This document shows, in pieces, positions 1-6,128 of a stretch of 6,147 nt of DNA. The notes under the pieces were generated by a model that made no database searches, was not told where the DNA came from, and worked only from the letters and a program-made list of their open reading frames with translations. Made by a program: the position numbers and the translations under genes. Every line of letters begins with the position of its first letter. Positions within the stretch are counted from its first letter, which is position 1. This DNA is from an uncultured archaeon (GTDB taxonomy: Archaea > Iainarchaeota > Iainarchaeia > Iainarchaeales > 0-14-0-20-30-16): NCBI GenBank assembly GCA_964565725.1, contig CAZMGA010000027.1, positions 1-6,147 on the forward strand, given 5' to 3'.

Positions 1-278
1 AATAAAAAATCTACTTTTTTAAAGAATCCAACATGTATTACTGGTCTAACTAATTCTAATCTTCCAAAGTGTCCCATACATCTATCAACAGTTTGACCAC
101 AAGTTTTACATCTTCTACCTCTATCTGCTACACCTAAATGAGGGTCCATTAATCCTCCTTCTATAGGAAATCCATCCTTATCATATAATTCAGGAGTTTT
201 AATTTCTATTACAGATAATTTTCTAATTTGTTCAGGTGATAAAACACCTAATTTCAATGATCCAATTCTCTTTAACAT
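1..278 (-). CDS. rpoA1: DNA-directed RNA polymerase subunit A' (Rpo1N), N-terminal fragment truncated by the window edge
   Basis: Not in the ORF track. Hand translation of the reverse complement from ATG at 278: MLKRIGSLKLGVLSPEQIRKLSVIEIKTPELYDKDGFPIEGGLMDPHLGVADRGRRCKTCGQTVDRCMGHFGRLELVRPVIHVGFFKKVDFL. This matches the Rpo1N start, with PIEGGLMDPxLG and the clamp zinc motif CxxC...CxGH followed by FG..EL.RPVIHVGF. An SD-like AGAGGG sits just upstream, overlapping the rpoB' stop. Confidence 0.97.
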   Translation of the reverse strand, partial: MLKRIGSLKLGVLSPEQIRKLSVIEIKTPELYDKDGFPIEGGLMDPHLGVADRGRRCKTCGQTVDRCMGHFGRLELVRPVIHVGFFKKVDFL

Positions 279-287
279 ATAATCCCT

Positions 288-2108
288 CTAAGCATAATCC
301 TTAATACTAATCTTTGGATAAATTGCAATTGATTTTAATTCATCTAAAAACAATTTAAAAGAATAAGGCATCGATATTTGAACAATATTTGTACCGCTAC
401 AACTCGGACAATATAATTTTCCTTGTACTTTATCATCTATAGCTAATATTCCACATTCAGAACATATTGGTAAAACAATTTTATCTGAATCTTCAACTAA
501 CTTTTCATTTAATAACATTGCAGCACCATAACCAACTAAACAATCGGATTCCATTTCTCCAAACTTCAATCCACCTTCTTTTTCTTTTCCTTCTGTTGGT
601 TGTCTTGTCATTAATTGTACGGGACCACGAGCTCTTGCTTGAATTTTATTCATTACTATATGGTATAATCTTCTATATGCTACCATACCAGTATAAATTT
701 CTCCTTTAATATATGCTCCAGTTCTACCATCATAAAATGTTTCATAACCATCAGGTCTAAAACCATAATTTTCTAAAACTTTTTTAATATCATCTAAAGG
801 TTCATTTGAAAAAGCAGTACCCGATACTTGAGAACCTTTTAATGCAGCTGCTTTTCCTCCAATTAATTCTAATAGATCTCCTATAGTCATTCTAGAAGAA
901 ATAGATACAGGATTTAATAATAAATCAGGAATAATTCCATTAGCACTTACAGGCATATCTAATTCATTTGCTAAAAATCCTACAACACCTTTTTGTCCAT
1001 GTTTAGAAGAAAATTTATCTCCCATTTCTGGAATTCTTTGTGTTCTAACTTTTACCTTTAACATTTTTTCATTTCCAGAACTAGAAATAAATACTCTATC
1101 AATATAACCTTGCATATTTTTCTTAACAAACATAGATTTATCATCATATTTTTCTTCCATTAATCCTAAAGTTGGAACATTATCCATAAATCTAGGAGGT
1201 GCTAATTTAGAAATTAAAACAGTATCTTTATCTACAAAAGTTTCTATTTCAGGCAATGTATCCATACCAATATTTTTATATGCTGAATCCCCTAAAAATC
1301 CACCATTTTCTTCAGTAGGTATTGCAAAAAATTCTTTTTGCCCACTAGGATAAGTAACTTCTTTATCAGTATAAGTTCTATAATAACTCATTCTACCTAA
1401 TCCTCTTTCTACTGCACCTTTATTTATTACAATTGCATCTTGAGTATTAAAACCAAAATAAGGTATAATTGCAACTACAAAATTTTGTATAATTGGTCTA
1501 TCATCTAAACCCAAAATATCTGAAAAATTTGTTTTTACTAATTGTTTTTGAGGATAATATAAATTATAATATTCAGTTTCTGTTCTTAAATTATGATTTG
1601 GACCTACAAAACCTACACCTTGTTTATACATTTTTGAACCGTGTAATGCTTTTGTAGCCATGTTATGTTCTACAAAAGGAGTTAAAGATGTAACCATACT
1701 GTAAATAGTTGCGGGTTCTAATTCCATATGTGTATGTTCTTTGCCCAATACTTTTTCTGATGTAGCTATAAATAAATTATCTTCTTCATCAGCATCAATA
1801 TATTCTATAATTCCTTTTTTTATTAAATCATCATATTTTATTTTTTTTGATTTTAATTGAGATATATGTTCATCAGTTAATAATACTTTTCCATCTTTAA
1901 CAGTTAAAACAGGTCTTTGTAATCTACCAGCACCAGTATTTATGTATACTTCGTGTGTATCTTCTTTATAATAAATATTAATTAAACTATCTATTTTTCC
2001 ATGTCTTCTTAAATCCTTTATACTATTTATTAATTGAGAAGAATTCTCATGAAATCCAACTAATTTACCATCTAAATATACTTTTACTTTCTTCATCATT
2101 CTAATCAC
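288..2108 (-). CDS. rpoB1: DNA-directed RNA polymerase subunit B' (Rpo2C, C-terminal half of the split B subunit)
   Basis: 606 aa ORF. Motifs: VYLDGKLVG, AGRLQRPVL, QNFVVAIIPYFGFNTQDAIVINKGAVERGLGR, GDKFSSKHGQKGVVG, SSRMTIGDLLE, TRQPTEGKEKEGGLKFGEMESDCL and the terminal zinc ribbon CSEC...CPSC. The annotated start is GTG at 2108, overlapping the rpoB'' TGA by 4 nt. ATG at 2099 with an upstream GAAGTGAT SD-like sequence is an equally good or better start. Confidence 0.97.
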   Translation of the reverse strand: MIRMMKKVKVYLDGKLVGFHENSSQLINSIKDLRRHGKIDSLINIYYKEDTHEVYINTGAGRLQRPVLTVKDGKVLLTDEHISQLKSKKIKYDDLIKKGIIEYIDADEEDNLFIATSEKVLGKEHTHMELEPATIYSMVTSLTPFVEHNMATKALHGSKMYKQGVGFVGPNHNLRTETEYYNLYYPQKQLVKTNFSDILGLDDRPIIQNFVVAIIPYFGFNTQDAIVINKGAVERGLGRMSYYRTYTDKEVTYPSGQKEFFAIPTEENGGFLGDSAYKNIGMDTLPEIETFVDKDTVLISKLAPPRFMDNVPTLGLMEEKYDDKSMFVKKNMQGYIDRVFISSSGNEKMLKVKVRTQRIPEMGDKFSSKHGQKGVVGFLANELDMPVSANGIIPDLLLNPVSISSRMTIGDLLELIGGKAAALKGSQVSGTAFSNEPLDDIKKVLENYGFRPDGYETFYDGRTGAYIKGEIYTGMVAYRRLYHIVMNKIQARARGPVQLMTRQPTEGKEKEGGLKFGEMESDCLVGYGAAMLLNEKLVEDSDKIVLPICSECGILAIDDKVQGKLYCPSCSGTNIVQISMPYSFKLFLDELKSIAIYPKISIKDYA

Positions 2109-3568
2109 TTCTCATAAACATTTAATTTACGTAATAAAGGTTCTAAATCTTCATTTTCGTAATCAGTAGTAATTTTTGCCATAATAGACATGTTTTTAAT
2201 TAATCCACAATTTGGACCATCTGGAGTTTCTACAGGACATACTCTACCCCAACTAGTTCCGTGTACACTTCTTGCTTCATAACTTTCTCTACTATTATCT
2301 AAAGTAGATTTTAATTTTCTCATTTCAATAATTGAATTTAACCAATTATATCTTGTAAAAAAAGTACTCACACCAGTTAATTTACCAGCCCAAGTTCCAG
2401 TAGCCATTCCAAACATAATTCTATCAGAAATAACATCTGGTCTTATTATTGTATTTATTTTTAATCTTCTTCTTCTTACTAAATTTCTATCTATTTGTAA
2501 TTTAATATCATTTATAAAATAATTAAAAGCTTGCATAAATTGTCTTTCTAATAATTTTCCAGATAATTCTATTCTTTTATTTGGATAACTATCTCTATCA
2601 TCTATAGTTCTTAACCCATAAGCTAATTCTATTGCTCTTTGAGCCATACCTATTAAATAATGTGCTTTTAATGTTCTTTTATCTTCAGTTTGACCTATAT
2701 GAGGTAATAAAAAATTATCAATTATTTCATAAGTTCTTTTTAATCTATAAGATTGAATTTGTCCAGGAGCAACATATTTTCCTATTTGATCTAATGCTTC
2801 TTCTTCATTTTCAATACTTATTCTACTAAAATTTAATAAAACATCATTTTTTATTTCAGGAACATCTTCAAAAGCATTTAGATAATCTTCCTTAGTTTTA
2901 AATCCCAAACCTCTTAATAAAACAAAGAATTTTAATTTTTTAGGACTTGAAGGAAAATTTATTTCTAAAATACCGTTTGAATTTCTAATTAATTTTACTT
3001 TTCCTTTAAATGCACCTTTTGTAGATAATACTTCTGCAATTGTTTTATTTCCATCTTCAGAAACCATAATTTTATCAGATGCTAAAACTTCTTGACTTAC
3101 CAAAACTTTTTCTACACCATTAATTATAAAATAGCCACCTAAATCTTTTGGATCTTCTCCATGAACAATTAGTTCATCTTCTTTAAAACCATTTAAATTA
3201 CATAATTTTGATTTTACCATTACTGGTAATTCTCCAATAGATGTTCTTTTAGTATCTTGTAAAACTCCTTTTCTATATAATTCAATATCAGCAAATAAAG
3301 GAGCACTATATGTTTTATCTCTTAAACGAGCCTCCATAGGCATAAAATCAGTTCTTCTTGAACCATCTTCTTCTACAATTTGAGGAGGTAAAATATTTAT
3401 ATTTTTTAATCTTATTTCTACATCTTCAACTCTAGATTTTATTATTGAATTTTCTTCAATAATTTTTGGTACTTTATCATATATAAATTGATTATAGGAG
3501 TCTACATTTTGTTGAATAACAGAGTTATTCTCATAATAGGCCCTAATTAAATCCCAACCAGATTGCAT
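2105..3568 (-). CDS. rpoB2: DNA-directed RNA polymerase subunit B'' (Rpo2N, N-terminal half of the split B subunit)
   Basis: 487 aa ORF starting with ATG. Motifs: ARLRDKTYSAPLFADIE, GGYFIINGVEKVLVSQE, KRTLKAHYLIGMAQRAIEL, GTWAGKLTGVS and WGRVCPVETPDGPNCGLIKN. It ends at the usual archaeal B''/B' split position. SD-like GGTGAT precedes the ATG. Confidence 0.97.
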   Translation of the reverse strand: MQSGWDLIRAYYENNSVIQQNVDSYNQFIYDKVPKIIEENSIIKSRVEDVEIRLKNINILPPQIVEEDGSRRTDFMPMEARLRDKTYSAPLFADIELYRKGVLQDTKRTSIGELPVMVKSKLCNLNGFKEDELIVHGEDPKDLGGYFIINGVEKVLVSQEVLASDKIMVSEDGNKTIAEVLSTKGAFKGKVKLIRNSNGILEINFPSSPKKLKFFVLLRGLGFKTKEDYLNAFEDVPEIKNDVLLNFSRISIENEEEALDQIGKYVAPGQIQSYRLKRTYEIIDNFLLPHIGQTEDKRTLKAHYLIGMAQRAIELAYGLRTIDDRDSYPNKRIELSGKLLERQFMQAFNYFINDIKLQIDRNLVRRRRLKINTIIRPDVISDRIMFGMATGTWAGKLTGVSTFFTRYNWLNSIIEMRKLKSTLDNSRESYEARSVHGTSWGRVCPVETPDGPNCGLIKNMSIMAKITTDYENEDLEPLLRKLNVYEK

Positions 3569-3581
3569 TAAATCACCTAAA

Positions 3582-3815
3582 TTATACCACTACCCTATAA
3601 TAATTTATAGGATCTTTAAAAATAGATTCTCTTTCTATCTTTACTACATCACCTAATTTTGGTTTCAAATTAGTAATTGCGGGATCACTAATCTTTATTT
3701 TAGGTAATTCGTTTATAGTTATTTCATATTTTTTTAATAATTCTTTTACTTCGTCTTCACTTAAAATTAGATGTTTAGGTACGAAAAAATGTTTAGTAAT
3801 ATCAAAATTTGCCAA
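3582..3815 (-). CDS. rpoH: DNA-directed RNA polymerase subunit H (Rpo5)
   Basis: 77 aa ORF: FDITKHFFVPKHLILSEDEVKELLKKYEI...LPKIKISDPAI...LKPKLGDVVKIERES...YYRVVV. This is the classic Rpo5/Rpb5 C-terminal domain and sits immediately upstream of rpoB'' as in other archaea. The start codon is TTG (plus strand caa at 3813-3815), preceded by a strong SD, GGAGGG. Confidence 0.95.
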   Translation of the reverse strand: MANFDITKHFFVPKHLILSEDEVKELLKKYEITINELPKIKISDPAITNLKPKLGDVVKIERESIFKDPINYYRVVV

Positions 3816-3830
3816 GGAAAACCCTCCAAT
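3816..3830 (-). promoter_or_regulatory. Shine-Dalgarno for rpoH (GGAGGG, 7 nt upstream of TTG)
   Basis: Minus-strand sequence is ATTGGAGGGTTTTCC followed by TTG GCA AAT TTT. The GGAGG core and spacing are canonical. Confidence 0.75.
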
Positions 3831-3870
3831 AGTATATACAGCATGGAAATAGTTAAATATATCATTAAGA

Positions 3871-3884
3871 GAAATATATATAAA
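3871..3884. promoter_or_regulatory. Candidate shared/divergent archaeal TATA element between the rpoH operon and the GGDEF gene
   Basis: Plus strand is gaaatatatataaa and minus strand is TTTATATATATTTC. The minus strand has a BRE-like GTAAGC just upstream, and the plus strand has purine-rich AAGAGAAA. An offset of about 25 nt gives 5' ends around 3850 (minus) and 3904 (plus), each leaving a leader of about 33-36 nt containing an SD. Confidence 0.5.
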
Positions 3885-3922
3885 GCTTACTACTATTATA
3901 CACTATCTATTATAATACCAAT

Positions 3923-3926
3923 GGAG
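3923..3926 (+). promoter_or_regulatory. Shine-Dalgarno-like GGAG upstream of the GGDEF ORF
   Basis: atGGAGatatatatttATG, with 10 nt between the GGAG and the ATG at 3937. Confidence 0.5.
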
Positions 3927-3936
3927 ATATATATTT

Positions 3937-4980
3937 ATGAAAAGAATTTTACCTGGAGACTTATTTTTAATATTATCTAAATTAATTAGATTGCAAAATA
4001 CTAACTATGTTAATGTTTTTGACTACATTAAAAATATTAAGGAATATATCCCTAAAATAGAAAACATAAGTTATTTTGCAAAACAAAACAATTTTTTAGA
4101 GTATGATGTTTTAGGTAAAATAGAAAATATAAATAAAAATTTATTAAATTTATCTTACGATCAAATAAAATATATATATTTATCAAAAAAAAAGGCATAT
4201 GTTTTTAATAATGAAATTGAAAATACAGAATATTATAAAATACATTTAGATAAAAAAAATAATTTAGAACAAATATATGTGCCTATATTTATTGAAAAAA
4301 AAGATATCCCTAAAAATAAAATTATAAAAATTGGAGTTTTTATTTTCGAAGGTAAAGATTTAAAATTAAAATCAAATATTTTAAAAATTAAAAATATTAT
4401 TTTAACAATTATTTTCTTTGCATCTGTTTTTAGCAGTATTTCTCAAATGTTATACAAAAGATATGATAAATTAACATCTATGATTGCTAGAAATGAATTT
4501 GAATTTGAAATTAATAATGTTTTATTATCTAAACCAAAACAGATTAGTATTTTAATGTTAGATATAGATCATTTTAAAAAAATAAATGATACTTATGGCC
4601 ATAAAGTAGGAGATAAAATATTAAGTGATTTTTCAAAAATTATTTTAAAAAATATTAGATCCACAAATAGGGCTAAAAATATTAGAGATATTCCCTTACG
4701 TTGGGGAGGAGAAGAATTTGTAATTATTTTATGTAATACTAATTTAGAAAACAGTTTAAAAATTGCAGAAAGAATTAAAAAAAATGTAGAAAAAAATAAT
4801 TTTATTATTAATAAAAAAATTATAAAAATTACAACAAGTATTGGGGTTATAAATTCAAAACAATTATTGAAAAAAAAATATTCTAAAAAATATATTTTAA
4901 ATTTAATTTCACTAGCAGATCAACAATTATACTTTGCAAAAAATTCTGGAAGAAATAAAATATGTGTTTACAATGAATAA
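3937..4980 (+). CDS. GGDEF-domain protein, predicted diguanylate cyclase, with a divergent N-terminal region (possibly GAF-like sensor)
   Basis: 347 aa ORF. From about aa 176 it shows the GGDEF domain order: YDKLTSMIARNEFEFE (degenerate DxLTGLxNRR), ILMLDIDHFKKINDTYGHKVGDKIL (metal and GTP-binding helix), LRWGGEEFVIIL (catalytic GG(D/E)EF loop), ITTSIGV (TxSIGV) and ADQQLYFAKNSGRNKI (ADxALYxAKxxGRN). The cyclase core appears complete. Confidence 0.93.
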   Translation: MKRILPGDLFLILSKLIRLQNTNYVNVFDYIKNIKEYIPKIENISYFAKQNNFLEYDVLGKIENINKNLLNLSYDQIKYIYLSKKKAYVFNNEIENTEYYKIHLDKKNNLEQIYVPIFIEKKDIPKNKIIKIGVFIFEGKDLKLKSNILKIKNIILTIIFFASVFSSISQMLYKRYDKLTSMIARNEFEFEINNVLLSKPKQISILMLDIDHFKKINDTYGHKVGDKILSDFSKIILKNIRSTNRAKNIRDIPLRWGGEEFVIILCNTNLENSLKIAERIKKNVEKNNFIINKKIIKITTSIGVINSKQLLKKKYSKKYILNLISLADQQLYFAKNSGRNKICVYNE

Positions 4981-4984
4981 TGAT

Positions 4985-6097
4985 TTATATTTTTAACATA
5001 TATTCTTCAATTTTGTTTTTTGCTTCTTCTCTAGCTTTTTGATGTTTTATTAAAAATTCATTTATTTTATTTATAGCTATTTGTTTTAATTCTCCACTCA
5101 ACAATTTACCTGATTTATAATCATCATAAATTTGTTTTAATTTATCATCATCATATTCTAAAAATCTTAAATATTGATAACTAATATCTATATCTGGATT
5201 ACCACCTTTTTTTCTATGTTCTTCAATAGTTGGTTGTCCCCCAGAAAATGCATATTTATTTATTTTATTTTTTACTTCTTTCTCACTATCTGTTGAAAAT
5301 ATAGCAGTATTTTCTAAACTTGAAGACATTTTAGAATCATCATTACCTTGTAAGCCTGGTAAAAATATTCCTTGAATACTTGAAGGCTTATAATATCCTA
5401 ATTTTTCTACCACATCTCTAGTAATTCTAAAATGAGGATCTTGGTCTACAGCATGAGGTATTAAACAAGGTATTTTTTTCTTTTTTAAAACACAAGGTAA
5501 AAAACAAGGTACAGTTTGCATAGAAGTATAAAAAATTGACCCTATATTATTTTCATTAGTAAAACCAAATGAACTTTTTACAGTTGAAAAAGTAATTTTT
5601 TTTGCTACTTTTATTGCTTCAGGATACATTAATCCAGAATGTTTTGTATCTAAAATAAAATGTGTTTTTTTAGGATCAAATCCTAAAGCTATAACATCCA
5701 ACATATTATCATAAGCTAATTTTGTTGTTTCTTCTAAAGTCAAATCTTTTTTAAATAAAAATTTTTCATCATCTGTAAATTGGAAATATAATTCAACATC
5801 AAATTTATCTTGCAACCATTTTGTAAAAATCCAAATGATTAAATGACCCAAATGAATTTTTCCGGAAGGCCCTCTACCAGTATATAAAAAAAACTTATTT
5901 CCTTTTTCATATTCATCTAAAATGAATTTTAAATCTCTATGAGCAAAAAATATATTTCGTTTTAAATAAGGATGAATTTCACCAGTTATTTTTTCTATTC
6001 TCTTTAATAAATCATTATCTATAACTGATAATCCAAATTCTTTAATTATCTTTTCATATTCTAAATTGCCTTTTACTTCGTAAGGATTTATTATCAT
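4985..6097 (-). CDS. trpS: Tryptophanyl-tRNA synthetase, archaeal/eukaryal type
   Basis: 370 aa ORF. LYTGRGPSGKIHLGHLIIWIFTKWLQDKF (class I HIGH-like HLGH), QFTDDEKFLF, IPCLIPHAVDQDPHFRITRDV, and GLQGNDDSKMSSS (KMSKS-class signature in the KMSSS form typical of archaeal/eukaryal TrpRS). Confidence 0.96.
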   Translation of the reverse strand: MIINPYEVKGNLEYEKIIKEFGLSVIDNDLLKRIEKITGEIHPYLKRNIFFAHRDLKFILDEYEKGNKFFLYTGRGPSGKIHLGHLIIWIFTKWLQDKFDVELYFQFTDDEKFLFKKDLTLEETTKLAYDNMLDVIALGFDPKKTHFILDTKHSGLMYPEAIKVAKKITFSTVKSSFGFTNENNIGSIFYTSMQTVPCFLPCVLKKKKIPCLIPHAVDQDPHFRITRDVVEKLGYYKPSSIQGIFLPGLQGNDDSKMSSSLENTAIFSTDSEKEVKNKINKYAFSGGQPTIEEHRKKGGNPDIDISYQYLRFLEYDDDKLKQIYDDYKSGKLLSGELKQIAINKINEFLIKHQKAREEAKNKIEEYMLKI

Positions 6098-6104
6098 ATT
6101 ATCA

Positions 6105-6124
6105 CTATAACTATTAACTATTAA
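6105..6124. repeat. Short tandem repeat upstream of trpS: CTATAA-CTATTAA-CTATTAA
   Basis: Plus strand 6105-6110 ctataa, 6111-6117 ctattaa, 6118-6124 ctattaa. Confidence 0.6.
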
Positions 6125-6128
6125 ATCT

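Noticed and set aside
467-709. 80 aa plus-strand ORF
   Set aside because: Lies wholly antisense within rpoB'. Its composition (long Leu/Phe runs) is what an AT-rich reverse strand produces, and no domain or SD is evident.
2105-2108. Split B subunit as a frameshift or pseudogene of a single rpoB
   Set aside because: The split occurs at the known archaeal B''/B' boundary with independent translation signals. Both halves keep all domains, so this is a natural gene split.
2632-2829. 65 aa plus-strand ORF rich in Leu/Phe
   Set aside because: Wholly antisense to the strongly conserved rpoB''. Treated as a shadow ORF of biased composition.
3771-3980. 69 aa plus-strand ORF spanning the divergent intergenic region
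   Set aside because: Overlaps the rpoH 5' end antisense and the start of the GGDEF ORF in another frame, crosses the candidate promoter, and has no recognisable motif or SD. A small peptide cannot be excluded but is unsupported.
4393-4446. Definite transmembrane helix in the GGDEF protein
   Set aside because: KNIILTIIFFASVFSSISQMLY is hydrophobic enough to be a candidate, but it also fits the terminal helix of a GAF-like domain leading into GGDEF. It was therefore not listed as a firm feature.
3937-4980. Hypr-type (cGAMP) cyclase or CBASS-like defence nucleotide cyclase
   Set aside because: The specificity positions (N217, D226) are canonical for GTP. The family is GGDEF rather than CD-NTase, and no effector, Cap or protease genes are adjacent.
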